A stretch of 64,000 nucleotides of DNA from Octopus bimaculoides. Lineage: Eukaryota. Positions within the stretch are counted from its first letter, which is position 1, and the number at the start of each line of letters is the position of its first letter. This document shows positions 38,941-52,904 of this stretch, piece after piece. A program made the translations under genes and the position numbers. Location of the stretch: assembly GCF_001194135.2 (NCBI RefSeq), contig NC_068983.1:121237446-121301445 (forward strand). Direction: 5' to 3'. The notes beneath the pieces were generated by a model. That model was not told the origin of the DNA. It saw only the letters and a program-made list of their open reading frames with translations, and ran no database searches.

Positions 38941-40210
38941 AGGCTTGAAACTTTAATCAATGGGATTTGGTAGGTTGCTCAAGGAAGCAATGCAATGTAC
39001 CTTTCAATAGTAATAATGGGTTATGTTCAGAAGAAGAACATCAAAACAAACAACAATGATGAAACATTAAATAGGATCAGCCCACATGTGAGTCTTCATC
39101 ATATGACAATAGGTTAGCCCAGATAAATATATAATATGTATCTTACAAGTAAACGGGCTGGAGTGCATCCAAATTTGATACACAAATATTACTAAAAGAG
39201 GAAGAGTGTTAATAGAGGTGTTGCTCTTCCACTGTTATGTCATAAAAGAAAATAAACTTGTAAACCCTCATATTAAGGTTTTGGAAGAAACCAGGTAAGA
39301 GAGATAGATAGATAGACAAATAGATAGAGAGAGAGAGAGAGAGAAAGAGAGAGAGTAAAGTTTTAAAAGTAGCTATAAATTGAAAGAAATGATGAAGTTG
39401 TTAGTGAGATTTCAAATATACTAACATTTATTGGGAGGTAATATCAGTTGTTTGAAGATAAGAAATTTTGCAGTCAGTTCTGCCACAATGAAGTGGCAAT
39501 TGAATTTGCAGTGTACAGATCTATGGTTCAAATCCTACCACAGTTTCGCTTATGTTGCTTTTATATTGCTAGGATAGAAAAAAAGAAAGTTAGTGACAGT
39601 TGAATGCAGAGGTGTTGCATAAGGTGGATGGGTGGATGTTACATATAGCTGTTAAATAGTGACTCACAGTTTCAATTTCAAATCCAAGGCTATCTTTGGA
39701 TAAATAAACCTACATTAAACTTGAAACATATATTAAACTAGATGAGATGTCTTGCCGTTGGTTATCTCTGTGAAAATTGAGATAACCAATAACACATGCT
39801 AATGAAAATTACACTTAAATTTCACACACGAGTGTGTTTGTGTGTACATATATATATGAGACAAAGTTAACTACAGGACAGATAATTAGAATTAAACACC
39901 AACATTAGTGTACAAGGTGAACTATAGCATTTGGTACTTAAGTTTAATAATATTCTATGTCCACAATAGTCACATATAATGATATAGGTGACAAAGAAAT
40001 AACATATTAATGGGAGAGTTATAACGTAGGTAGAGAATAGCATGACAGCTGATTAAATGTAATATATCAGTACAGAAATATCAAATAGCAGCTGATGAGG
40101 TGATATATGAAAATATATCAGGTTATATTTGCAGAAATGTTTGTAGATATACAATAAAATTAATAACACTATCATCAGATTTTTTAATCTACACTTGAGA
40201 ACTTATTTAA

Positions 40211-40431
40211 CCCTTTAGTGTTCAGATTAATCTGTTAAATGTAATACTTTTTTCACTCAAATTGTTTTGAATTAATCATACATTATCTTACAGCTTTGAA
40301 ATTTCGATGGTGTGATAGTTTATTCTTAGACTGTCAATGTAGGTTAGGTGTGAGAGGCTAGATATGGCCAGTTTGAATTTAAAACATATAGGATATTTGG
40401 GCCGGATATGGCCGGCTTAAACGCCAAAGGG
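40211..40431 (+). mobile_element. piggyBac-type MITE (M1), intact
   Basis: TTAA|CCCTTTAG...CAAAGGG|TTAA: TTAA TSD and CCC/GGG termini. Confidence 0.85.
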
Positions 40432-40800
40432 TTAAACATGTGCAGCAGTGTATACATGTGTAATACTTTAAACATATGTCGTAATGTCTTTAAGTGTAGT
40501 AGTCTAAACATGTGAAGCAGACTAAATACGAGAAATGGTGCAAACATATGCAGAAGTCTTAAGCAATGAACAGGATGTAATCTCAACAAAATCAGAAGTG
40601 TGAGGTGAAGTGGTATTAGAAAACCAGCTGATTCATATCGTGTTCAGTGATTCATATCGTGTTTCAGCATCATACAATGTTTATGCTAAGGTACTTAACT
40701 TTCAACAGTCCACTACACTTAGCAGTACAGTAATTGCCATGTTCTGTGTTCATGGTTAGGATTCATAACTCCAAACAATCCAGTTTATCCAGTTGTAAAT

Positions 40801-41150
40801 CAGTAGTTCTCAACTGGGCCCCATATTGGCCCTGAAGGTCCATGTAAGATTTTTGTGAGTACACACAACAAAATAGTAAATTGAGGACCCACAATAATAT
40901 TTTAAGGGTCTCTGAAAAAATTTTGCTTTAGATGTTTGTATTGGTATGTATTGGAATAAAAAAACTAAGTTTCTTTAACATTTTACGTGTAGTTCAACCT
41001 ACACAAGTTAATGTGTGAAAATCAAAATAGGAATTTTGAAAGAAGCTTCTATAAAACTAGTTTTTAAACATCATATGGCTATGGGGTGTCCACTAGAGGT
41101 AAAATAGTAATCAAAGGAGTCCATAGATAAAAAATGGTTGAGAGCCCCTG
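40801..41150. mobile_element. hAT/Charlie-like MITE
   Basis: TIRs cagtagttctcaac / gttgagagcccctg. 8-bp flanks ttgtaaat / cagtaaat. Same family as 61820-62379 in opposite orientation. Confidence 0.7.
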
Positions 41151-42298
41151 CAGTAAATAGACACAATGTGGAAAAAAAAAGAACAAAAAACTAGCAATTG
41201 TAAGTGGCAGGCATACTATACAGTTAATGAGTTTTCCATTGTCTTTTAAGCTATGATTCAACTCCTCCCTAGAAGTTGAAGCTTGCTGGAACATATTAAC
41301 AGAACATATACTAGTAAACTCTGATGTGAAGGAATATCAATACCCAACATTAGAAAATACTAATAACAACTTCACATTTGCTTTTTAGGAGTATAAATGT
41401 TGTACTGTGACAGTCATGCCTTTTACAAGAGTAGATATTTGAAAACACTAGTTGCTAGGAACAATTAAAAAGAAACTAATTTAGTGATTTCAAGTGGTTT
41501 GATTCAAAATTACTCAAAAGCACCCCCCCCCCCATAATATATATAATAACCTTATAGGATATATGTACTGTTTGATTTTTTTATTTACTCCTTATATTTA
41601 GCTCCAGATGAACATTCAATTTTTTTCTGAGAATTGTGCATCCAAAACCAGATTATCTAATATATTCTTCCTTTTTAACAAATGTGACTCATGTATAATA
41701 GTGGTTTCTAGCCTTTAGGACCCTATGAGCAGCAGAGTAAAATGTATAACTTACTCAGTTTCATTTCATTATTTAACTATACAAATTGTTCAAATGTGCA
41801 ATGAAACTGGGAAAACTTGAGTTTGTTGTTAGTTACTAAAATTGGTCTATTGAGTAAACAGACCTTTCAACAGCCCAAGGTCCAACAGAGAATTCATTTA
41901 ACAGAGGGATACTTGAGGGCAAAAAGGTTAGTACCACTGATACAGTGGCTTGTCAACTGGCTCATTTAATGAGATACTGGTGATAATCATTTGATTTAGT
42001 GTGACATATTCTGAGACTTGCTAGAATACCAAGGCAAAAAGAAAAGCAAAATGAAGTTTCATCATACTGTAATTAACATATGAAGGACAGAGGGTCTAAA
42101 ATAGTTAGCAATAGACAAAGGAAATGAACACCAAAATCTAAAAGAGATGAAAATAAAACAGTTGAGCCACAAGGGGTAAATTCAGATTATAGCAAAATCT
42201 TAAAGCTACAATATATATATATACATATAGATATGTATATATATATATATAGATATATAGATATATAAATATATATATAAATATACACACATACATAA

Positions 42299-42380
<82 letters not shown>

Positions 42381-42406
42381 TTAAATATAGATGTATATAT
42401 ATATAT

Positions 42407-42584
42407 CGTCGTCGTCGTTGTCGTCGTCGTTTAACGTCCGCTTTCCATGCTAGCATGGGTTGGACGATTTGACTGAGGACTGGTGAAACCAGATGGCTAC
42501 ACCAGGCTCCAATCTGATTTGGCAGAGTTTCTACAGCTGGATGCCCTTCCTAACGCCAACCACTCAGAGAGTGTAGTGGGTGCT
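42407..42584 (-). mobile_element. Short RTE 3'-end retrocopy (family D) with (CGT)n tail
   Basis: Near-identical to 14653 and 60404 copies. Confidence 0.9.
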
Positions 42585-42746
42585 AAATATGTATATATAT
42601 AAATATATACAAATATAAGGTTAAGGAGGGTATTGGATTTAACCAAGCCCAAGAGGATACAGGTAATACCGAGTAAGTGCTGTATGTTCAATTATATATG
42701 TGTACATATATATACATATTTATATATGTACATAGATATGTAATAT

Positions 42747-42791
42747 ATATGTGTGTTCATACACATATGTATATACATATGTACACATCCA

Positions 42792-42839
<48 letters not shown>

Positions 42840-43950
42840 CATATATATACATACACATATATATACATATACACATATATGTACATATGCATACATATAC
42901 ACACATATTTACATGCACAAAGACACAGATACTTGTGCACACACACAGATTCACACACATGTACACATAATAGACATAACACTGTTAGGTTAATGAACTT
43001 TCACTCACAGAATGAGTCGCACTCACCAATACATGCAAATGAGCATGTTTGATAAATGAAGTAGAAAAAAGAATGTGGGAAATTGAATTTTGAGAGAATG
43101 AGGTGTAACACCAGTAGAAACAAAAGGCATAAGAACTCATAGCAAACTATGAATATATAAAAGAGAGCAGTGAGGCTATATAGTGGCCATATCTCCCCTC
43201 ATCAGTGTAACTGTTACTCAATCTTACATCTTGCTGATGCAGGCCTTGGTGAATCTGTCTTTGTTCCATCTTAGTATCAAAGGCAGAAATTTGGTGTGGG
43301 TAATATTTCTCTACTTATATCAAAATAATGATGCAAGTAGAGGAAAATTATCCATGTTTTAATTTTTAGTCTTATGTTAACTAAAGAATTAAGATTAATG
43401 CATTAGATTAGTTGTGTAGAAAGATTTAATTTAATTTTTACTCAAGCATTCTAGTATCTATACAAAACAGTGTTGATTCTCAAAAAAGAGAAGATTTGTA
43501 GCTGTTCGTCAGAGTTTGGCTGGAACCAATATTGGTGAATGCCACAAATACTTAAGGGATGGTTATAGTTGTTGGTGATCCTTTGAGTCTGAGAAAGATG
43601 ATTCTGCAATTTCTCTTGAACAACCTACACAGAGAGTTTGTATTCACCGACAAAATATTTGTATAATGCATTAATCCACTCTTTCTACTTCATTTATCAA
43701 ACATACTCATTTGCATGTATTGGTGAGTGCGACTCATTCTGTGAGTGAAAGTTCATTAACCTAACAGTGTTATGTCTATTATGTGTACATGTGTGTGTGC
43801 ACAAGTATCTGTGTCTTTGTGCATGTAAATATGTGTGTATATGTATGCATATGTACATATATGTGTATGTATATATATGTATGTGTATATATATATATAT
43901 ATGAATAGATGTGTACATATGTATATACATATGTGTATGAACACACATAT
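42747..43950. repeat. Recent inverted duplication: arms ~42747-43069 and ~43683-43950, ~610-bp spacer
   Basis: The ~110-nt non-microsatellite part of the arms differs at one position that I found (gagcatg vs gagtatg). Other differences are repeat-length slippage. Confidence 0.9.
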
Positions 43951-43966
43951 ATGTGTATGAACACAC

Positions 43967-44055
43967 AACTGGTACTTAATTTATCGACCCCAAAAAGATG
44001 AAAGGCAAAGTTGACCTTGGCAGAATTTGAACTCAGAACATAAAGACAGACAAAA
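43967..44055 (-). mobile_element. Family B SINE fragment
   Basis: actggtacttaatttatcgaccccaaaagatgaaaggcaaagttgacc... Confidence 0.8.
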
Positions 44056-44093
44056 TGTTCTATGTTTCGAGCATAGCTCTTCATCAGAAACAA
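44056..44093 (-). ncRNA. Minimal hammerhead-ribozyme-like motif (Penelope-like type)
   Basis: Minus strand: UUGUUU CUGAUGA A GAGC-UAU-GCUC GAAA CAUA GAACA. Core boxes, a 4-bp stem II and a possible 5-bp stem I are present. It is preceded by a pyrimidine-rich tract (44095-44235). Confidence 0.55.
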
Positions 44094-44463
44094 GATAAAC
44101 AGGAAAGTCCAAAGGGAAAGAAGGAAGAAGGAAGGAAAATCGCCAACAGTTTATGCAGCAACATTTCTGAAGTGACCAGGTGTAGGAGGAAGAGAAAGTG
44201 CTTTCTGGGACAGGAGAGTGTAAAGATGGCTGGTATGTGTGTGCGTGTGTGTATGTGGTAGCATGTGTGTCTGCATGTGGTAGTAACTGCTTGTGTGTGT
44301 GCATGTGGTGGTAATGTGTGTAAGGTGTATGTGGTAGCATATGTGTGTGTATGTGGTACTAACTGTGTGTGTGTGTGCTTGCATTTGTGTGAGTAATCTA
44401 TGTGTATATGTGTGTGTGTGTGGTAGGATTTGTGTGCATGTGTGTTAATGTTGCTCGCCCACA

Positions 44464-44498
<35 letters not shown>

Positions 44499-44957
44499 CA
44501 TTCATGTTACACTTTAGACAAACATGTAATAAAACAGGAAGATTCAGAGGTTTAATTAGCTAGTTTAATGAAGTAAGACCAGTAGAATGTTCAGTTAATG
44601 GCTTACTTGATCATACATATATTTTAATTAATAGTTCTCTCATAACATGGAATTCATACAATGTTGATATCTGAAAGGAGCTTATTTCAATTAGTGTGTG
44701 TGTGCAAATATGTGAGAGAGAATATGTGTATATGCATGTATAAAGAGGGACAAGCATGGCTAAGAAGTTTGCTTTGCATCTAGGAAGGTTTGAGCTTCGA
44801 ACCCTCAGTGAAGCACATTAGGCAATTATCATATACTACTACTACGACTACTACCACCACCACCACCACCACCATCACCACTACAACAATACTACATACA
44901 CATACTAAAAAATCTATCTAGCTACACACACAATATATATATATATATATGTATGTG

Positions 44958-45091
<134 letters not shown>

Positions 45092-46493
45092 TATATAGAG
45101 AGAGAGAGAAAGAGAGAAATGCCTTTAAAATAATATATACATAACAGAAATATGTTTAAATATGGCTTATAAGAAGTATGTGGCCATAGAGAAGAAATTT
45201 ATGAATAGATTATTGAGTCTAAAATAATACTAGGACCAACAAATAATAATACAATGCCATTATAAATGTAGAATATTATCACCAACAAATCTTGCTTTAC
45301 ATTTGAAGAATGAGGGATACAAAAGAGATGGTAATCCATTTGAGAGATGAAGCTTTAAACAATCTTAATCTGAGACATAATTTGATTTTATTTCTTGTAT
45401 TCTTCTGTTCTTTAAAAGATGACTTAGAGAGGTGGGTAATATTCTTAAATATTTGCTTTCAAGTGAAAGTTTTCCATTAGGATATGTTGTCTTAATACTT
45501 GTTTCTAAAAGATTAATCACTTAACAGTGAAATGGGTAGTAGTGTTAATTCGAGGTATATGGTCTTGTGGGCTTTGTCTCCTGACACTAAACTCAGAATG
45601 TTTATTTTATCTGCCATTGAGTATGTGTACTTGGGTTCAGTAATGGACCAAAAAATATATACAATCTGGCCGATATCATTCATGCTTGCATGCGTGATGT
45701 ATGTGTGTGCGCTTCAAAAGTTGAAGTTGAGAAAAGAAAAAAAAAGGTGGTGGGGGATGGGAATTGCAGCTGAATGAAGGGGAAGAAACATAGCTAAAGG
45801 GCAATGGATGATAACTGACCCATACCGTGGAGCTGATACACTTCATCGCTTGAATAAATGTAAAGAGTGGCAAACTGGCTGTGTGGAAAGAAAAGACAAT
45901 ATATCATGTAACTAAACCAATGGGATCATCCAGCAGGACATGAAATGACCCAATTTAAAGAGCAGTTAATATATCATACAGTGATCAAGTTCATTTTACT
46001 ACTACTACCCCCACCACCCACCACCACTTTAGTTGATTGCTTGGATGTCTTAAGCAGGGTCTATTCTGTCGCAAGCATCTGCACCAGGTTTCTAGGTAAC
46101 ACTAAATTGTGATATCTTCTACCCTTTCTGTATGGAGTCATGGAGGATTTATAAAAGGATAAAAGGAAATGGGTGTTGCTGTTCTTCTGCTGACTAGACA
46201 ATAAACAGAGATAAATCAAACCTCTGAATCACATGGTCAAATGTAAAGAGTAACTGACATATCACTTGACCAACACTCATATCATAGTTGTAGTATCATT
46301 ATAATTATGATATTTAAATTGTTTTTCACCAATGGAGTGTCTAATTCATTGAAAGTGACTGGGTTTTGCTTAGTAAAAAAAGAGAAAACCTTACTAGCTC
46401 ACATGAACTTCCTTGACAAAAAACATTTAAATGTTACTGAATATGTCCAGTTATTTTGGTGGATGAAAACATCATGAATTGTTTCTCTTTTAA

Positions 46494-46713
46494 GCCTTTT
46501 GATACCCACCCACCTGAGGCCACACCTAGTTCTATAATACAAACTTCCTGTTTAAAGTGATCTAAATTAAAAACCTTCCATCAAAATTTCATGTTCATTT
46601 ATGTTTCAAACACCAGCTTAATAATGATTAAGATATTTTACTAAGTTCTTCATTATTTTAAAAATCAGTTGAAATAACAGTAGTGTATTTCAATAGAAAT
46701 ATGGAAACAAGAG
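46494..46713 (+). mobile_element. TTAA-type MITE (family M2)
   Basis: TTAA at 46490-46493 and 46714-46717. A homologous empty site is present at 46904-46907. Confidence 0.75.
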
Positions 46714-47305
46714 TTAAAGTTCATTTTTCCTGTACACCCATTGTTTATACATTAACTTTCAATTAAATTCACTAATACTATAAGTAATTGTCTATGGCCT
46801 AAAAGTCTTGAAATCACTTTGAATGAAATTCCCTGCTGAAAAACATTTGTTGTTGAATGTGTTCTATTTGTTGGATGAAGGTATCATTATTTGCTTCTCA
46901 TTTTTAATTTCAAGTTTCCTGTACACTTATTGTTTATACATAATTTTGAAAAAATCTTAACTCTAATTTAAATTTACTAATAATTTCAATTAATTGTCCA
47001 TGGGCTGTACCATTGAGATAGATAAGAATATCAAAACTTGTGTCTACTGTTGATGAGGAAAAGAAACAACACCATAGAATACTTAATTATGAACTGCATT
47101 TGAACCTTCACTCTATGCTTTTCAGTGAAGATTGATGAAAAAAAAAAAAGAATATTTTTTTATATATACAATAAATAGTGCACCAACTGGATTCAAACTT
47201 TCATGTTTTGTATTGAACAATAAATAATAACTCCTCACTTCTAAAAAAAGAAGTGTTGAACTACTTTACTAGATGAAAATTAGCAGGCGATGGGGAATGG
47301 CATGA

Positions 47306-47408
47306 TATGTGAACAATATGAAACACACTGTATTTATTGGTATATATTGGTATATATTGGTATATATATGTGAACAATATGAAACACTGTATTTATTGGT
47401 ATATATTA
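47306..47408. repeat. Short tandem duplication with internal 10-bp repeats
   Basis: atatgtgaacaatatgaaacac(ac)tgtatttattggtatatatt occurs twice. Confidence 0.8.
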
Positions 47409-47521
47409 GGAAAGTAAGAGAAAATAGCCTCGGTCATTGATATTAGAAGTAAATCTCCATAATCAAGTATATTAAACAGACAATATAAATCTCTTGGTTT
47501 TTAATAATAATAATAATAATA

Positions 47522-47553
<32 letters not shown>

Positions 47554-49396
47554 ATAGGGCAATGAGCCCAAAAAGAAGACAACATGGGAAGGATAGGTTT
47601 CAGTAAATGTTATAAGAAGAAAGAGTTATGACATTTTGGATGATNNNNNNNNNNNNNNNNNNNNNNNNNNNNNNNNNNNNNNNNNNNNNNNNNNNNNNNN
47701 NNNNNNNNNNNNNNNNNNNNNNNNNNNNNNNNNNNNNNNNNNNNNNNNNNNNNNNNNNNNNNNNNNNNNNNNNNNNNNNNNNNNNNNNNNNNNNNNNNNN
47801 NNNNNNNNNNNNNNNNNNNNNNNNNNNNNNNNNNNNNNNNNNNNNNNNNNNNNNNNNNNNNNNNNNNNNNNNNNNNNNNNNNNNNNNNNNNNNNNNNNNN
47901 NNNNNNNNNNNNNNNNNNNNNNNNNNNNNNNNNNNNNNNNNNNNNNNNNNNNNNNNNNNNNNNNNNNNNNNNNNNNNNNNNNNNNNNNNNNNNNNNNNNN
48001 NNNNNNNNNNNNNNNNNNNNNNNNNNNNNNNNNNNNNNNNNNNNNNNNNNNNNNNNNNNNNNNNNNNNNNNNNNNNNNNNNNNNNNNNNNNNNNNNNNNN
48101 NNNNNNNNNNNNNNNNNNNTTCTTTTTTTTTCTTTTGAAGTAATTATTATTATTATTCACCATAATTTTTTTTCTCTCTTTCTGAAACTGAAAAAAAAAA
48201 AATAATAAGTGAGGTCAACAAATAGGGAAAAAATAAAAGCTTTGAAGAAATAGGAGTTAGTGTGTGTAGTAGATGGGTCTTTCTGGAGGGTAACAATAAT
48301 AAGGTGATGATAAGGTAATGGGATAGAGTTATGCTGCAGTGGAAGGGAGAGCTGACAACAACAATGGAAGTTAGTCCACAATATTAACAAACAACCATGA
48401 CTTCTTTCTTTTTTTTTTTTTAACTTTTATTTTATAAAATTTATATAGGCATGAAGATTTTAATACAAGTCAAAGGAAGATAAGCTGGGATTGGGGAGGA
48501 GTGGAAGGAAGTATCTGAAGAGGAAAAATAGGGATTTGTGAAATTCATGCATTTCTTAAGGGTCTTAGTGATGTAAGTTGATTTAATACCATTCTGCATC
48601 AGAATTGAAATCTACCCATCTTTATCAGTTTCAAGTCTCAGTCCTTTCAGACAAAAACTGACACACTACATTTCTACAATGTTTGTCATACTGTAGAACC
48701 CTGATTAATAGCACTTAGATTTACACATCCTTGTATTATTTAGAATGAGAGAATGGTAAAAGGGAGGGTTGTGTGTGTGTGTTGGGGGGAGAGGAGTGTG
48801 AGATTATCTTGACATTCATACCTTTCCAACTGTACAGAGGAATAGTGTTGAAATGAGAAACAGTTCTAACTAGGAATTGAAACTAGTTTCAAATCTACAT
48901 CAGTATATCTGGCATGATGCATAAGCCATTGATCATATTTGTGCTGTTAATTGCTTTGTCAAGATGGACACTTCTCACACTCCCTAGTAACCTAAAGTGG
49001 TGCAACAACTGCAGTTGAGAATTGAAACCATGATGCTGGTACAATTCATCATGAAATGACCATCACTATTATTACTGAAACCACTACCACAACAACAACA
49101 ACATTATCAATGGGAGTCATGTCCCATTTGAAGAGGAAAAAGAGCTGCCTGGATTTAGTTGATAGTCAACAGCTGGACAATTTGTCCCTTTCTCAACTGT
49201 GGACAGTAAACAGTGAGAATCATAAAACAAAGAACACTATTCATTTAATTATTTTTGTGGATTTCTCTTAAAAATTTTGGTGTATACATATTTCTACACA
49301 ACGGTAAGTGTCAAGTGCTTCTACATGTACTTAATGTGTGGACTCTCACATAGATATATACATACAAAAGCATGAATACATACACTATATATACAA

Positions 49397-49444
<48 letters not shown>

Positions 49445-49676
49445 ATATGTGTATGTTTGTATGTATTAAGTAATTTACTAAGTGATGTATTTGTGCAATG
49501 TGGGATTAAAGACTTGGTGAAAATCCAAAGAAAAGAGTCAAAGAAACATTGTCATCAGCATGACACAAACATAGTTGGTAGTTACAGCCATAAAAATACT
49601 TTAAAAATCTTTATACATACAGACATACAAACACATGCACACATATATGTATATGTGTGTGTGTGCATACATAAAT

Positions 49677-49709
<33 letters not shown>

Positions 49710-50023
49710 GATATATATATGATCTGTTTACCATGCTAGCATGGGTGGGATATTTTTTGCAAATTTTTATATTTGCATATAAAGTATTCAAATAAGGCAT
49801 TTTGCAATTGGATGCCTTAACCTGTTGCTATATAGTCAACTTTGAGAAACGATTTAGCACCTATTTACAATTAAGCCTACAAAATCTCCTCTCTGCCTCT
49901 CTCTCTCTCACACATACATACACGCACTGTCTCTCTCTTTCTCACACACACATGCATATGCATTAAGTTGTAAAAATGAGAGCACTCAATACATAGAGTA
50001 GAATATATATTTCTTGTTCATTT

Positions 50024-50066
<43 letters not shown>

Positions 50067-50076
50067 NNNNNNNNNN

Positions 50077-50118
<42 letters not shown>

Positions 50119-50424
50119 CACATACATGCACACAGATATGCATACATATGTCAGGATTCTTCACTGTTTCTGTCTTTAAAATTCTCTAAAAAGATATTAG
50201 TCAGCCAGGGACTTTAGAAGAAACTTGCCCACTATGTCATACACTGAGACTGGATCTGAAGCCTCTTGGTTGTAATGCAAACTTCTAAACCATGTAACCA
50301 TGCCTGTGCTTTTATATAAACACACACACATTGCTCTTCCTTCTTTTACTGATTTCTGTTACTGCACAGCAGTTGTGTGCCAAGGGTACCACTTTGAATG
50401 TTTCAATCTTATTTCCATTCTACC

Positions 50425-50790
50425 ACTTATTCTAGAATCTCTATTTGTTGAACAATCAAATTAACTCTTTTGATACTAATTGGCACTTTGTCAGTTACAT
50501 CGATGAGGGTTACGGCTGATCGATCCAACCAATGGACTAGCCTGCTTGTGAAATTAATGTGCAAGTGGCTGATCACTCCACAAATGTAGTTCTCAGGGAG
50601 ATTTAGCATGACACACAATACAACAAAACTAGCACTTTGAAATACAGGTATTACTAATTTTTGCCAGCTGAGTGGACTGGAGCAATGTGAAATAAAAGTG
50701 TCTTGCTCAAGGACACAATGCACCACCAGAAATAAGATTCATGACCTAATGATCATGAACTGAATACCCTAACCACTAAGCCACAGACCT
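50425..50790 (-). mobile_element. Family C SINE
   Basis: Reverse complement of 5534-5850. Confidence 0.8.
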
Positions 50791-50819
50791 TCACATATTG
50801 ATACTAACCTGCCTGAGAC

Positions 50820-51235
50820 CATTCTTTAGCATTTAAACCAACTATATCTAGCCTAAGTATTCTACCTGTTTTATGTTCAAACTGGGCCAGATCTGAAATG
50901 TCACACCTACCTTACAATGTCATTCTAAGAATAAACAATCACATCACCAAAATCTTAATGCTACAAGATAACGCATAATTTATTCAAAATAATGTGAATG
51001 AATAAGTGCAACATTTGAAAGAGTAATACAGGTGTTAAAGGGTTAATTGTATCTCAAACATCTGGTTTAAAATTCATCTAAATTAAAACCTTCATTCAAA
51101 ATTTGGTGTTAATTTGAATTTTAAAACATCAACTTAATGACAAAGATATTTTATTACTGAATTCTTCCTTATTTTCAAAATTAATTCCAGTCAAAGAAGT
51201 GTATTTCAACAGAAATATTGTCATGAAAAGGTTAA
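50820..51235. mobile_element. MITE M1 (minus, to 51042) abutting a truncated MITE M2 (to 51231)
   Basis: aaagggTTAA at 51037-51046. The following sequence is homologous to 46560-46713 and ends aaaaggTTAA. Confidence 0.7.
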
Positions 51236-51369
51236 GGATAAACTGCCCTAGTTTCCAGACCATAAACACATGTGTGAAAACTTAGATATGTTCTTTCTTT
51301 TAAATGATTTTTAACTGATTAATCATTTCCCATGAATGTACCTAAAAAGAATGGAAGTGATACAGACTA

Positions 51370-51830
51370 AGAATGTATATAGAAATAAGGGTCAGTGTTG
51401 CAATGGCTAGATTGGTGTTGTATGGAGCAGTGTCTTGGTATAATGATAAAGCAATACCCAGAGGCTTTTGCCGTTTTGAGAACAAAACAGTATGGAGAAC
51501 TATAGGCATCAGGCAGCAAGACTGTAAGATTTAAAAAAATAAATGACATATGTCATCTATATCAACAAGTGGCTTATGAGAAACTGTTGAAGATGGGTTA
51601 GAACACATTCCATGAATTCAGCCAGGTGGAGCCTGATGGGAAACAATGCAATGAAGGCTAGAAGAAACAAAGGAAAAAAAAGGAAGACTAAACCTTAGAT
51701 GGCAGATGACAATATAGAGAGAAATTGAGAACAAAATGAGCATGTGGTCAAAGTTAAAAATCTGGACAGTAAAAGCAAGAAAACCTGGAAGCAACTTGCA
51801 TTGCATGGCGTTGGCATTAGCAGGTGTAGG
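51370..51830 (+). mobile_element. Old RTE-like LINE 3' fragment
   Basis: LVLYGAVSW...RFENKTVWRTIGIRQQD...KGRLNLRW resembles RTE LLYGAETW / FENKCLRRILGI / RGRPKLRW. Confidence 0.55.
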
Positions 51831-51899
51831 AAGCTAAACAACCATTTCTATGTAAAAGTTTAATATATATATATCTACAAACATATATACATATACATT

Positions 51900-51900
51900 C

Positions 51901-51946
<46 letters not shown>

Positions 51947-51962
51947 NNNNNNNNNNTATATA

Positions 51963-51995
<33 letters not shown>

Positions 51996-52267
51996 TTATA
52001 TATTTACATGCACACACATTATATATACATACATATCAAATATATATATATAAAAACACACACATATAAATATATATATATATACACACACACATATATA
52101 TATATATACACATACATATTATATATATATACACATACATATTATATATATACATACATATACATATTATATATATACATACATATACATATTATATATA
52201 TACATACATATATATATCTACATACATATACATATTATATATATACATACATATATATATATATATC

Positions 52268-52298
<31 letters not shown>

Positions 52299-52300
52299 TA
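51900..52300. repeat. Compound (TA)/(CA) micro/minisatellite
   Basis: Repeated units like tatatatatacatacatatacat. Confidence 0.85.
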
Positions 52301-52853
52301 TTATATGTGTGGCTGTGCAGTAAGAAGCTTCCTTCCAATTCACATGGTTCTGGATTTAGTCCCACTGTGTGGAACCTCGGGCAAGTGTCTTCTACTAAAG
52401 CCTCNNNNNNNNNNNNNNNNNNNNNNNNNNNNNNNNNNNNNNNNNNNNNNNNNNNNNNNNNNNNNNNNNNNNNNNNNNNNNNNNNNNNNNNNNNNNNNNN
52501 NNNNNNNNNNNNNNNNNNNNNNNNNNNNNNNNNNNNNNNNNNNNNNNNNNNNNNNNNNNNNNNNNNNNNNNNNNNNNNNNNNNNNNNNNNNNNNNNNNNN
52601 NNNNNNNNNNNNNNNNNNNNNNNNNNNNNNNNNNNNNNNNNNNNNNNNNNNNNNNNNNNNNNNNNNNNNNNNNNNNNNNNNNNNNNNNNNNNNNNNNNNN
52701 NNNNNNNNNNNNNNNNNNNNNNNNNNNNNNNNNNNNNNNNNNNNNNNNNNNNNNNNNNNNNNNNNNNNNNNNNNNNNNNNNNNNNNNNNNNNNNNNNNNN
52801 NNNNNATATATATATATATATATATATATATAGATAAACACACACACACACAC

Positions 52854-52904
<51 letters not shown>

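Noticed and set aside
45800-45860. gatgata...ctga...ctga segment resembling a C/D snoRNA or miRNA hairpin
   Set aside because: The C box is imperfect, only 5 terminal bp pair, and the inner motifs are direct rather than inverted.
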